Both the position numbers and the translations under genes were made by a program. From Alphaproteobacteria bacterium (lineage in GTDB: Bacteria > Pseudomonadota > Alphaproteobacteria > Rickettsiales > SXRF01): a DNA stretch of 64,000 nucleotides. The notes beneath the pieces are model-generated. The model worked only from the letters and a program-made list of their open reading frames with translations, ran no database searches and was not told the DNA's origin. This document shows positions 43,868-53,669 of this stretch, in pieces (position 1 is the stretch's first letter; the number at the start of each line of letters is the position of its first letter). Where the stretch lies: the NCBI GenBank assembly GCA_039808985.1, contig JBDHUC010000006.1, forward strand, positions 20,261 through 84,260, given 5' to 3'.

Positions 43868-44842
43868 ATGGAAGAAAACACATATAAATCAGGTCCGGTT
43901 ATAGGAATCAGTGGCAGCAGCGCTGATTCGGCATCGGTACGTGCTATGTTTACACAGGTTGCAACAGTAGGTGCTGTTCCGTTATTCCTGGGTAATCATT
44001 ACCAGCGCGATGCCGCAGAAGATATAAAGAAAATAGATGGCCTCATAGTAATGGGCAATAATAGTGATATTGACCCTTCGCGTTACGGCAGTAAAGATGT
44101 CCACGCCAAAACCCAGCCGGAATCCAAAACGCCGGAGGGAAAGGCGCGTGCCGATTATGAATATTCTCTTATGGAAAAAGCCATTGATCTAAAAATGCCG
44201 CTGCTTGGTGTTTGCGGGGGGATGCAGAGGATTAATATTATTGCCGGTGGCGATTTACACCAGCATCTGCCAGATATGCTGCATAATGAAGACCATGCCC
44301 AGCAGGAACATAACATAGCGCCGTTTATTCCTGTGCAGCCTGTGCATCTGGTAAAAGACAGCATGCTTGCGAAAATCGGTAACTCATCGCCCTTTTTATT
44401 TGTTAAAGCACCGGTTGGGCAAAATAAATTTGTCTATGAAGAAAACAGTATGCACCATCAGGGCGTTAAAACTGTTGGTGAAGGTCTGCGTCCGGCAGCA
44501 TATTCTGAAGATAAGATGAGCGATGGCACAAGGCTGGTGGAAGCTATTGAAGCCAGTCCAAAAGGCCCTTACAAGGATCAATTCATTCTGGGTGTACAAT
44601 GGCACCCAGAATTCAGCGCAAATGATCTTGGCGCTAAGATCGCCCATCATTTCAGGGATGAAGCGCAGCAATTTGCCATAAAAAATAAACGTACCCACCC
44701 AGCCGGTGAAGCGGCAAAAGAAAACCGGCTTAGCGCCGGAGCTGTTATCAAAAGGGCAGAAAATTCACCGGTCAGTCCAGGCGGAATGGTGTATTCTATC
44801 CTGCGTGAGCGCGATAGCCGGCGTTCAACATTTAATAGATAA
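43868..44842 (+). CDS. gamma-glutamyl-gamma-aminobutyrate hydrolase family (peptidase C26, PuuD-like) protein
   Basis: 324 aa. LGVCGGMQ nucleophile and LGVQWHPEF. There is a ~70 aa C-terminal extension of unknown function. Confidence 0.75.
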   Translation: MEENTYKSGPVIGISGSSADSASVRAMFTQVATVGAVPLFLGNHYQRDAAEDIKKIDGLIVMGNNSDIDPSRYGSKDVHAKTQPESKTPEGKARADYEYSLMEKAIDLKMPLLGVCGGMQRINIIAGGDLHQHLPDMLHNEDHAQQEHNIAPFIPVQPVHLVKDSMLAKIGNSSPFLFVKAPVGQNKFVYEENSMHHQGVKTVGEGLRPAAYSEDKMSDGTRLVEAIEASPKGPYKDQFILGVQWHPEFSANDLGAKIAHHFRDEAQQFAIKNKRTHPAGEAAKENRLSAGAVIKRAENSPVSPGGMVYSILRERDSRRSTFNR

Positions 44843-44851
44843 ACGTAATTG

Positions 44852-44899
44852 CAGGCGGCATAATGCCTGTAAACCACAGGCCCAGCAACAAGTGCTGGG
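44852..44899. terminator. two adjacent hairpins in a convergent intergenic region (candidate bidirectional terminators)
   Basis: CAGGC-N8-GCCTG (44852-44869) and CCCAGCA-acaag-TGCTGGG (44881-44899). Confidence 0.4.
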
Positions 44900-44940
44900 T
44901 GACAACCACTTCTCACTAACTACTTACCGCTACCACTATA

Positions 44941-45411
44941 TTACTGCACCAGTGGGCTGTCTGTTCCTTCAAGGTGAATACCTGCGATATTGGCTTTGCC
45001 TGCCAGCACTTTAAGATATTGCTTAACCGCCATTTGCCATGATGCTTCTTTAAGATAGGCGGCGATGGTAGGCTGCACATATTCAAAAAGCACGGGGTTT
45101 CCTTCCGTATCACGAAATATTTTCCGGTTCTGCTCGTAGTAACGCTGGCAGCTTGCCTCATCCGGTTCAGGGGTTATAACCTCCTGCTCCAGCAGGCGGC
45201 TGATTACGTAATCTTCCTGCGTTTCTTCCGCTGCGGCAGTATCAGGCGCGGCTATTCCAAGGCTGGTTGCTTCCTGTAGCAGTAGCTCGCGTATTGCCAG
45301 GGCCTGTGCCGCCTTTTCCTGTGCCTCGGATGCTGAAGATGCCGGATGATATTGCATTTCCGCGTATACCTGTTCATCCGTGATCTCAGTATTATTGATA
45401 TAGAATGGCAT
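44941..45411 (-). CDS. nar-operon-associated SurA/PpiC-family chaperone-like protein (no obvious rotamase core)
   Basis: 156 aa from the ATG at 45411, overlapping the narI stop by 1 nt. Position and N-terminus resemble the PPIase-like genes that follow narI in other proteobacteria. Confidence 0.45.
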   Translation of the reverse strand: MPFYINNTEITDEQVYAEMQYHPASSASEAQEKAAQALAIRELLLQEATSLGIAAPDTAAAEETQEDYVISRLLEQEVITPEPDEASCQRYYEQNRKIFRDTEGNPVLFEYVQPTIAAYLKEASWQMAVKQYLKVLAGKANIAGIHLEGTDSPLVQ

Positions 45412-46100
45412 TAGCGGCGTGCCTCGCGGCTGCGCACGATCTGATAGGGGCGCCACAAATAACGCACCGGCGCGCTCAGTATATGTACCAGCCGTGTGAA
45501 AGGGAAGAGCAGGAAGATGGTCTGTCCAAGAATCAGGTGTACCTGGAACGGCCATTCTGCACCTTTGATGAATTCTGATGCGCCGCTGCGAAAGGTAATG
45601 ATATGCTGCGCCCACTCCGACAGGTTGAGCATCACGGTAGCATCATGATGGCCCAGTGAGAAAGGAACCGTTATAAGCCCCAGAGTAATCTGAACCCAGA
45701 ACATAAAGACCACTAGAATATCGGTGGGCGAGCTGGTTGCCCGTATTCGCGCCACGAACATACGGCGGAACACCAGAATCGTAAGGCCGATGAAACCAAT
45801 AATGCCAGCAATGCCGCCAGCTGTTGCCGCCAGTAACTGTTTCTGCTCGGCAGTGATGAAATTTTCATAAATAAAATGCGGCGTTAACAGCCCGACCAGA
45901 TGCCCGAAGAAAATAAATATCACGCCGATATGGAACATGATATTGCCGATCTTAAGGCCTTTATCAGCAAGCAACTGGCTGGAAGATGCGCGCCAGCTAT
46001 ATTGCTCGCGGTCATAGCGGATAATAGTCCCGATCACAAAAACAGTCAGGCAGATATATGGGTATATGCCAAAAAAGAAGGAATAATAGTAATCGCTCAT
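45411..46100 (-). CDS. narI: respiratory nitrate reductase gamma subunit
   Basis: 229 aa from the ATG at 46100. Five TM helices, with heme-ligand His contexts (NIMFHIGVIFIFFGH, HILSAP). Confidence 0.9.
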   Translation of the reverse strand: MSDYYYSFFFGIYPYICLTVFVIGTIIRYDREQYSWRASSSQLLADKGLKIGNIMFHIGVIFIFFGHLVGLLTPHFIYENFITAEQKQLLAATAGGIAGIIGFIGLTILVFRRMFVARIRATSSPTDILVVFMFWVQITLGLITVPFSLGHHDATVMLNLSEWAQHIITFRSGASEFIKGAEWPFQVHLILGQTIFLLFPFTRLVHILSAPVRYLWRPYQIVRSREARR

Positions 46101-46795
46101 GGCCTTGCTCCTTGCATCATTTTTTGTTGGGATTGACCTGAACAGCCGCCACCACACGCGCCACTGCCGCAATTCCCGGCTTTGGGAGCTTCCGCGCCGA
46201 GGAAGTCAATCGGCTTTTCTTCCCATTCCTTGTCTAGATGCTCGAAATTTATGGCCGCAGGTGCTTTGCGTTCGACCTTTTCCGGCTTTTTCCCGGCGAG
46301 CAGCGTGAGCGTATCGAGCACAGCGCTATACGGGCTGCCGCGTTCCGCCAGGCGCTTGCCCAGCGCAACAAGTATATGCCCGGTATTGGCAAGTTCTTCG
46401 AGCGCTTCGCCTTTTGGCAGCATGGAGAGATATTCGAGGAATACCGGCAGATAATCGGGTAGTTCGCTGGCGGCAAGGCTGAAACCCTGCTCTTTATAAC
46501 GCTCGGCCAGATCAACCATAGCCTGCCCGCGATCGCGCGAATCGCCATGCACATGCTCGAACAGATGCAGAGAGAGAGAGCGCACACGGTCAAACGTATC
46601 AACGTAATCTTCCTGTAGTTCCATCAGGTCAGAAGCTTTAAGGTGCGATAATAATATACGCAAGCCAGCCAACTGTTCTTTCTTTACCAATGCTTCCTGC
46701 GCGATGATGTCGTACACATCAAAAGCGCCAGCCAGCCATTCCTCATTAGGATACCACAGCAGGATACCGAGGGCTTTAAACGTTTTAACTGGCAT
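46097..46795 (-). CDS. narJ: nitrate reductase molybdenum cofactor assembly chaperone with a Cys/Gly-rich tail
   Basis: 232 aa from the ATG at 46795. LLWYPNEEW...YVDTFD...LHLFEHVHGDSRDRGQAM is typical of NarJ. The tail is GNCGSGACGGGCSGQ. ATGA overlap with narI. Confidence 0.88.
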   Translation of the reverse strand: MPVKTFKALGILLWYPNEEWLAGAFDVYDIIAQEALVKKEQLAGLRILLSHLKASDLMELQEDYVDTFDRVRSLSLHLFEHVHGDSRDRGQAMVDLAERYKEQGFSLAASELPDYLPVFLEYLSMLPKGEALEELANTGHILVALGKRLAERGSPYSAVLDTLTLLAGKKPEKVERKAPAAINFEHLDKEWEEKPIDFLGAEAPKAGNCGSGACGGGCSGQSQQKMMQGARP

Positions 46796-48311
46796 GGGTA
46801 CCTCCAAAAAGATTCTTGCGTTTGGGCTTGCTGAACATCTGCGCATCCGAATTGCCGCCCGAGCAGCCATTGCCGAAGCTGAATCCACAGCCAGAGCGTA
46901 TATTGAAAGCTTCTTCGGCATATTCACGGTGCGAGGTTGGGATGACGTAACGATCTTCATAATTGGCAATCGCCATGTAGCGGTACATATCATCAACCAT
47001 CTCCTGCGACATGCCGACTTGCGAAAGCAGTTCCTGGTTGTTTACTCCGTCAACATGGCGGCCACGCATGTAAGCACGCATGGCGAGCATACGCTCAAGT
47101 GCCACGCGCACAGGCTTTTCTTCGCCTGCGGTGAGCAGGTTTGCCAGATAGGTGAGGGGAATACGCAAGCTCTTAACATCCGGGATAACCCCGTTCATAC
47201 CCATATCGCCGCTGGTGGCTGCATTTTGTATCGGCGAAAGCGGCGGAATGTACCACACCATCGGCAGGGTGCGGTATTCCGGGTGCAGAGGGAAAGCAAC
47301 TTTCCATTCCATCGCCATTTTATAAACAGGCGATTTCCGGGCAGCTTCCAGCCAGCTTTCGGGGATTCCCTCCGCGCGGGCGGCTTTTATAACCTCCGGA
47401 TCATTCGGGTTGAGGAACATCTCAAGCTGGGCATGGTAAAGATTCTGCTCATCCGCAACCGAAGCGGCGGCTTCGATTTTATCGGCATCATAGAGCAGCA
47501 CGCCAAGATAGCGGATACGCCCGACGCAGGTTTCCGAGCACACGGTCGGCTCGCCATTTTCAATGCGTGGATAGCAGAAAGTGCATTTCTCAGATTTGCC
47601 GGATTCCCAGTTGAAATAAATCTTCTTATATGGGCAGGCCGACACGCACATGCGCCAGCCACGGCATTTATCCTGGTCGATCAGCACAATGCCGTCTTCC
47701 TCGCGTTTATATATCGCGCCTGACGGGCAGGAAGCAACGCAGGCAGGGTTGAGGCAATGCTCACACAGGCGCGGCAGGTACATCATGAAAGTATTTTCAA
47801 ACTGGCCGTAAATGTCTTTCTGGACATTTTCAAAATTATAATCCTTGCTGCGGTGTTCGAATTCACCGCCTAAGATTTCCTCCCAGTTTGGTCCGCCAAC
47901 GATTTTATCCATCTTCTTGCCGGTGATCACCGAAACCGGGCGTGCAGTCGGCATGGTTTTGGCTTCCGGCGATTTATGCAGATGCTCGTAATCGAAGGTG
48001 AAAGGTTCGTAGTAATCATCAATCGACGGCAGGTTGGGGTTAGCAAAAATATTCGCTAGCGTGCGCCATTTTCCACCCTGCTTTGGTATAATCCTGCCGT
48101 TTGCTTTGCGCTCCCAGCCGCCTTTCCAGCGTTCCTGGTTTTCCCAGTCTTTCGGGTAGCCGATGCCGGGTTTGGTTTCAACATTATTGAACCACGCATA
48201 TTCCACGCCACGCCGCGAAGTCCATACGTTTTTACAGGTAACCGAACAGGTGTGGCAGCCGATACATTTATCTAGGTTCAACACCATGCCTATTTGTGCT
48301 CTTATTTTCAT
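46785..48311 (-). CDS. narH: respiratory nitrate reductase beta subunit
   Basis: 508 aa. Four Fe-S Cys clusters (CIGCHTCSVTC, CEHCLNPACVASC, CRGWRMCVSAC, CTFCYPR). Confidence 0.95.
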   Translation of the reverse strand: MKIRAQIGMVLNLDKCIGCHTCSVTCKNVWTSRRGVEYAWFNNVETKPGIGYPKDWENQERWKGGWERKANGRIIPKQGGKWRTLANIFANPNLPSIDDYYEPFTFDYEHLHKSPEAKTMPTARPVSVITGKKMDKIVGGPNWEEILGGEFEHRSKDYNFENVQKDIYGQFENTFMMYLPRLCEHCLNPACVASCPSGAIYKREEDGIVLIDQDKCRGWRMCVSACPYKKIYFNWESGKSEKCTFCYPRIENGEPTVCSETCVGRIRYLGVLLYDADKIEAAASVADEQNLYHAQLEMFLNPNDPEVIKAARAEGIPESWLEAARKSPVYKMAMEWKVAFPLHPEYRTLPMVWYIPPLSPIQNAATSGDMGMNGVIPDVKSLRIPLTYLANLLTAGEEKPVRVALERMLAMRAYMRGRHVDGVNNQELLSQVGMSQEMVDDMYRYMAIANYEDRYVIPTSHREYAEEAFNIRSGCGFSFGNGCSGGNSDAQMFSKPKRKNLFGGTHAS

Positions 48312-48321
48312 GGGGCTTCTC

Positions 48322-51300
48322 CTATTTCATTGCCGCTTCGAGTGGCTGTTCAAGCCTGGGCATTTCACCGCCTAGCGCCGCGCCATAATTATCTTCGTTC
48401 ATCCAGTCTACCTTTTCCATTTTACGCAGGATAATAAATTCATCGCGGTTGCTGCCTACAGTGCCGTAATAATTGAAATCATAGGCAAGCTGGGCATATC
48501 CGCCGATCATATGAGTGGGCTTTAATACCGTGCGGGTGACGGAATTGTGGATGCCGCCGCGCAGGCCGGTGATTTCGCTGCCTGGCACGTTCACGATTTT
48601 TTCCTGCGCATGGTACATTAGTATCATGCCTTCGGGTACACGCTGGCTCACCACCGCACGCGCAGTGAGCGCGCCATTGCTGTTATAAGCCTCAACCCAA
48701 TCGTTATCAACCACAGCGATTTTCTTCGCGTCAATTTCCGAAATCCACACGATCGGCCCGCCACGCGACAGGGTGAGCATCAGCAGATTATCGGTATAGG
48801 TAGAGTGAATGCCCCATTTCTGGTGCGGGGTAATGAAGTTCAGCAGCACCTGCTTGCGGTCTTTGCCAAATTTCTCGATCACATTTCCTGTCGCTTTCAA
48901 ATCCACCGGCGGTTTGTATACGCACAGCGATTCGCCAAATGCGCGCATCCATGCATGGTCCTGGTAGAGCTGCTGGCGGCCTGTGAGCGTGCGCCATGGC
49001 ACCAGCTCATGCACGTTTACGTATCCGGCATTATAGCTTACATGCTCGGATTCAATGCCACTCCATGTTGGCGAGGAAATAATCTTGCGCGGCTGCGCCT
49101 GAATATCGCGGTAGCGGATTTTTTCATCCTCGCGGGTTTCCGCCAGATGCAGGTGATTACGCCCGGTATTCTCACCCAGCGCTTTCCATGCCTTGCATGC
49201 CACATGGCCGTTGGTTTCCGGCGCCAGCGTCAAGATGACTTCCGCCGCATCAATAGCTGATTCAATGCGTGGCAGGCCTTTGGAAACGCCTTCCTCGGTA
49301 ACGGTGTAGTTGAGTTCGCCCAGCAGCTTCAATTCATCTTCCGTATTCCAGCTTATGCCTTTGCCGCCATTGCCGAGTTTGGAAAGCAGCGGCCCCAGCG
49401 AGGTGAATTTCTTGTAGGTGTTGGGGTAGTCCCGCTCCACCAGAAACACATTGGGCATGGTTTTACCGGGAACCGGCTCGCACTCGCCTTTTTTCCAGTC
49501 TTTCACGTCAAAGGCCTGCGCGATTTCATTCGCCGTATCATGCTTTATAGGGTTCATCACCACATCCTGCTCAACGCCCAGATGCCCTACGCATAGCTCC
49601 GAGAATTTTTTGGCGATGCCTTTGTAAATATCCCAATCGCTGCGCGATTCCCACGCCGGATCAACCGCCGCTGAAAGCGGGTGGATGAACGGGTGCATGT
49701 CTGAGGTATTGAGGTCGTTCTTCTCGTACCATGTGGCGGTGGGCAGAACGATGTCGGAATACATGCAGGTGGTGGACATGCGGAAATCCAGCGTCACCAG
49801 CAGGTCGAGCTTACCTTCGGGTGCTTCGTCATGCCACACGACATCCTTAGGCTTGGTGCCACCAAATTGGCCGAGGTCAACGCCCTGCACGCCGTGGCTG
49901 GTGCCGAGCAGGTGCTTGAGGAAATATTCGTGGCCCTTACCGCTGGAGCCAAGGATATTCGAGCGCCAGACGAACATGTTGCGCGGCCAGTTCTGCGGCG
50001 CATCCGGGTCATTGCAGGATAGCTTCAACTCTCCTGATTTAAGCCCTTCCGCCACCGCTTCGCCGACATTGCGCCCCGACTTTTTGATAGCCGCGCCAAC
50101 CTCCAGCGGGTTGCGCTCAAGCTGTGGCGCTGATGGTAGCCAGCCCATGCGCTCGGAGCGCACGTTGCAGTCGATAAATGATAGCTCTTTCCACTCCTGG
50201 TTATCTTCCAGCGGCGAGAGGATTTCTTCCATCTTCAGCCGCTCGTAGCGCCACTGGTCGGTGTGGGCGTAGAAGAACGAGGTGGAGTTCTGCTGGCGGG
50301 GCGGGCGGTTCCAGTCGGTGGCGAAGGCCAGCGGCACCCAGCCGGTTTGCGGGCGCAGTTTTTCCTGCCCGACATAATGGCTCCAGCCACCGCCGGATTT
50401 GCCGATACAGCCGCACATCACGAGCATGTTTATGATGGCGCGGTAATTCATGTCCATGTGGTACCAGTGGTTCATCGCCGCACCAATAATAACCATGGAT
50501 TTACCGTGGGTCTTATGCGCGTTCTCGGCAAACTGGCGAGCGACGTTAATTACATGCTCGCGTTTCACGCCTGTAATTTTTTCCTGCCATGCGGGAGTAT
50601 AAGGAACATCGTCATCAAATGAACTGGCCACGTTGCCGCCACCGAATCCGCGATCCACGCCGTAATTGGCGATGAAAAGGTCATAAACCGTTGCCACATA
50701 CGCATCGCCTTCCTTCAGTTCCAGCTTCAGGATGGGTACATTGCGGTTCAGCACGCTGGCATGATCGGTGCTATTAAAATGCTCATGCGGGGTATTGCCG
50801 AAATAGGGGAAAGACACCGATCCAATCTCGTGCTTACTGTGTTCCTTAAGCGTCAGCAGTGGCCAGAGTTCTTCGCCGGTCACTTCATCCTTCGGCTCCA
50901 GGTTCCACTTGCCTTTCTGCCCCCAGCGTGAACCGATGGTGCCGTTGGGCACGCGGACTTTCTCTTCATGTCCGCACATAATAACAGGCTTCCAGTCGGG
51001 ATTGTTTCCGGCGCCAAGATTATCTGCAAAATCCGAGGCGCGGATCATGCGATTGGGCACGTAGGCACCATCCTTTTTAACCATCAGCACCAGGAATGGC
51101 ATGTCAGTATACTGGCGGCAGTAATCATCGAAATAATCGCTCTTGCCTGCCACATGCCATTCTTTGAGGATCACATGGCCCATTGCCATGGCAAGCGCGG
51201 CGTCAGTTCCCTGCTTAGGGTGCATCCAGAGGTCGGCTAGCTTTGCCACTTCCGAATAGTCGGGGGTGACGGCTACGGTTTTTGCGCCCTTGTAACGCAC

Positions 51301-52110
51301 TTCGGTGAAGAAGTGGGCATCGGGCGTGCGCGTTTGCGGCACGTTGGAACCCCAGGCAATGATGAAGTTCGAGTTATACCAGTCGGCGGATTCCGGCACA
51401 TCGGTCTGCTCACCCCAGGTTTGCGGGCTGGAAGGCGGCAGGTCGCAATACCAGTCGTAAAAACTCATACACACGCCGCCAATAAGCGAGAGATAACGTG
51501 AGCCTGAAGCATACGACACCATCGACATTGCCGGAATTGGCGAGAAGCCTATGATACGGTCAGGGCCATGTTTTTTTGCAGTATAGATGTTGGCAGCGGC
51601 GATGATTTCGTTCACCTCTTCCCAATCGGCGCGCACAAATCCGCCTTTGCCGCGCACCTGCTGATACGATTTGCGTGTTGCTTCGTTAGTGGCAATAGCC
51701 TCCCATGCATTAACCGGATCTTTGGCAATCACTTTTGCGGCGCGCCATGCTTTGAGCAGGCGGCTGCGCACCAGCGGGTATTTCATACGGTTGGCACTGT
51801 AGAGATACCAGGAATAGCTTGCCCCGCGTGAGCAGCCACGTGGTTCATGGTTGGGCATATCGGGGCGGGTGCGCGGATAATCAGTCTGCTGCGTTTCCCA
51901 AGTGACAAGGCCGTTCTTTACATAAATCTTCCAACTGCACGAGCCGGTACAGTTCACGCCATGCGTTGAGCGCACGATTTTATCATGCTGCCATCTGCTA
52001 CGGTAGGCCTGCTCCCAGCCACGCGATTCATCGTTCATTACCCCGTGACCTTCAGAGAAGGATTCTGTCGCGCGCTTAAAGAAGGTCAGCTTGTCGATAA
52101 TATGGCTCAT
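48322..52110 (-). CDS. narG: respiratory nitrate reductase alpha subunit
   Basis: 1262 aa from the ATG at 52110 (MSHIIDKLTFFKR). FS0 motif HGVNCTGSCSWKIY. Full-length molybdopterin oxidoreductase. Confidence 0.95.
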   Translation of the reverse strand: MSHIIDKLTFFKRATESFSEGHGVMNDESRGWEQAYRSRWQHDKIVRSTHGVNCTGSCSWKIYVKNGLVTWETQQTDYPRTRPDMPNHEPRGCSRGASYSWYLYSANRMKYPLVRSRLLKAWRAAKVIAKDPVNAWEAIATNEATRKSYQQVRGKGGFVRADWEEVNEIIAAANIYTAKKHGPDRIIGFSPIPAMSMVSYASGSRYLSLIGGVCMSFYDWYCDLPPSSPQTWGEQTDVPESADWYNSNFIIAWGSNVPQTRTPDAHFFTEVRYKGAKTVAVTPDYSEVAKLADLWMHPKQGTDAALAMAMGHVILKEWHVAGKSDYFDDYCRQYTDMPFLVLMVKKDGAYVPNRMIRASDFADNLGAGNNPDWKPVIMCGHEEKVRVPNGTIGSRWGQKGKWNLEPKDEVTGEELWPLLTLKEHSKHEIGSVSFPYFGNTPHEHFNSTDHASVLNRNVPILKLELKEGDAYVATVYDLFIANYGVDRGFGGGNVASSFDDDVPYTPAWQEKITGVKREHVINVARQFAENAHKTHGKSMVIIGAAMNHWYHMDMNYRAIINMLVMCGCIGKSGGGWSHYVGQEKLRPQTGWVPLAFATDWNRPPRQQNSTSFFYAHTDQWRYERLKMEEILSPLEDNQEWKELSFIDCNVRSERMGWLPSAPQLERNPLEVGAAIKKSGRNVGEAVAEGLKSGELKLSCNDPDAPQNWPRNMFVWRSNILGSSGKGHEYFLKHLLGTSHGVQGVDLGQFGGTKPKDVVWHDEAPEGKLDLLVTLDFRMSTTCMYSDIVLPTATWYEKNDLNTSDMHPFIHPLSAAVDPAWESRSDWDIYKGIAKKFSELCVGHLGVEQDVVMNPIKHDTANEIAQAFDVKDWKKGECEPVPGKTMPNVFLVERDYPNTYKKFTSLGPLLSKLGNGGKGISWNTEDELKLLGELNYTVTEEGVSKGLPRIESAIDAAEVILTLAPETNGHVACKAWKALGENTGRNHLHLAETREDEKIRYRDIQAQPRKIISSPTWSGIESEHVSYNAGYVNVHELVPWRTLTGRQQLYQDHAWMRAFGESLCVYKPPVDLKATGNVIEKFGKDRKQVLLNFITPHQKWGIHSTYTDNLLMLTLSRGGPIVWISEIDAKKIAVVDNDWVEAYNSNGALTARAVVSQRVPEGMILMYHAQEKIVNVPGSEITGLRGGIHNSVTRTVLKPTHMIGGYAQLAYDFNYYGTVGSNRDEFIILRKMEKVDWMNEDNYGAALGGEMPRLEQPLEAAMK

Positions 52111-52171
52111 ATTTACATATCCTTGTCTGTTTCGTTGAGGGGATGTTAGATTGCATACCCACAAATTGAGA

Positions 52172-52185
52172 TTGATTTAGATCAA
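52172..52185. promoter_or_regulatory. FNR/Anr/Dnr-type box TTGAT-ttag-ATCAA upstream of narG
   Basis: A perfect TTGAT-N4-ATCAA palindrome centred ~68 nt upstream of the narG ATG. Confidence 0.7.
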
Positions 52186-52223
52186 TTTATGATTTTTTTT
52201 AGAAGACATTATTTCCATGGTTC

Positions 52224-53513
52224 CTATGCCTCAAGTTCAGGTAGGAATTTAGGGCCGCGCAGGGCAGGGTTCTGGCTGCGCTCCAGCAAAATGATGGTCA
52301 CATGCATCCACACAAATGCGATTCCAACCAGAGTGAACAGGATCATAAAACAGCTCGTCCAAACCCCAATAAAAGTGTTTGATAGCCCAAAGGCTATGGG
52401 TAAAAGAAAACCGCCAAGGCCACCTATCAGCCCGACCATTCCGCCAACGGCCCCGACATTATTAGGATAATATACAGGTATATGTTTAAATACAGCGGCC
52501 ATACCAAAAGACATAAATATGCTTAGCACAAACATTATTGCCACAAATATCGGCAATGTAATTGCCAGGCTGAACTGGATGTCGCCCTGAATCCCTTTAA
52601 CGGAATATGTTGTAGCCGGATAAGAGAGAAGGAAGGTGCAGGCTACGCAGACAATAAATACCAGATACATAATGCGCCTCGCGCCGAATTTATCTGATAG
52701 CGCTCCGCCCACAGCGCGGAAAATGCCAGCCGGTAAGGCAAATAATGTTGTAAGCAAACCAGCGGTTTTAATATCGAGCCCGTAAACACCCATATAATAT
52801 TTAGGGAGCCATAGGGCCAAAGCTACGAATCCTCCAAATACAAAGAAATAATAGAGGGCGAACCGCCAGACCTGGAGGCGTTTTAATGGCTCAAACTGCC
52901 TAAGGAGAGAATTCTGCTGTTTATTTTTGCGCCGTTCCTTAAATGAGGGGTCATCCTCGGATATAAAGGCAAAAATAATTGCCGCCACTAGTAATACTAT
53001 GGCATATATGTGCGCTGTACCGCCAAGTCCATAATTGGCTACGAGCAATGGAGCGCCAAAGCTGGTTAACGCCGAACCGGCAACCCCTATCCCAAACAGT
53101 CCCAGCGCAGTTCCTTGTTTTTCTCTTGAAAACCAGCGCGAAACATAAGCGACGCCAACTGAAAATGTCCCTCCTGCCAGGCCAACACCAAGGGCGGTAA
53201 GCAAATACATATTATAGCTATCGGCCAGTGAAACAGACCAGGTGGCAGCGGCAGTTATAAGTAATACTGTAACAAAAACAATCCGGCCACCAAACTGGTC
53301 CGTAAGCGCACCAAGAAACAACCGGCTGATGGCTCCGGTAAGTACAGGCGTTGCAACCAGGATGCCAAACTGGGAATCGGAAAGTCCCAGGTTTTGCTTG
53401 ATCTGGATACCCAGGATAGAAAACAGGGTCCATGTGGCGAATGTGAGTGCAAAAAGAATAGCGCTCAGGACTAAAGCTTTATACTGCCTGTAAGGAGTGA
53501 CTATTGTTGACAT
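52224..53513 (-). CDS. narK: nitrate/nitrite transporter (MFS, NarK family)
   Basis: 429 aa with 12 TM helices. NNP signature-like GALTDQFGGR and GGALSDKFGARR. Confidence 0.88.
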   Translation of the reverse strand: MSTIVTPYRQYKALVLSAILFALTFATWTLFSILGIQIKQNLGLSDSQFGILVATPVLTGAISRLFLGALTDQFGGRIVFVTVLLITAAATWSVSLADSYNMYLLTALGVGLAGGTFSVGVAYVSRWFSREKQGTALGLFGIGVAGSALTSFGAPLLVANYGLGGTAHIYAIVLLVAAIIFAFISEDDPSFKERRKNKQQNSLLRQFEPLKRLQVWRFALYYFFVFGGFVALALWLPKYYMGVYGLDIKTAGLLTTLFALPAGIFRAVGGALSDKFGARRIMYLVFIVCVACTFLLSYPATTYSVKGIQGDIQFSLAITLPIFVAIMFVLSIFMSFGMAAVFKHIPVYYPNNVGAVGGMVGLIGGLGGFLLPIAFGLSNTFIGVWTSCFMILFTLVGIAFVWMHVTIILLERSQNPALRGPKFLPELEA

Positions 53514-53570
53514 ATTAATACCTCATTTGTGGTTGTACTTTCTAAATCCCAGACATAGGCAGAAATTGGA

Positions 53571-53584
53571 TTGACCTGGATCAA
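53571..53584. promoter_or_regulatory. FNR-type box TTGAC-ctgg-ATCAA in the narK/regulator divergent region
   Basis: One mismatch to TTGAT-N4-ATCAA. Centred ~64 nt upstream of the narK ATG. Confidence 0.6.
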
Positions 53585-53669
53585 TCGCAACGTTTTTATT
53601 TCAGTGGGTATTATATTGATAATTCCTGTCGTCTGGTTATGATGAATTTTTGGATTGGGAAAAGCTTTA

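Noticed and set aside
46704-47723. 339-aa plus-strand ORF (and several 60-150 aa ORFs) antisense to narH, narJ and narG
   Set aside because: These are shadow ORFs inside strongly supported, GC-rich nar genes. Their translations are Arg/Ala/His-rich low-complexity sequences with no recognisable motifs.
52111-52164. N-terminal extensions of track ORFs (narG 52164, narJ 46996, narI 46172, ppi-like 45615, moeA 57216, moaE 58843, tauE 60981, redoxin 42639, usg 18103, pepP 4213, XRE 9503)
   Set aside because: The extensions overlap upstream genes or lack homology. Internal ATGs give family-typical N-termini and classic ATGA/TAATG coupling.
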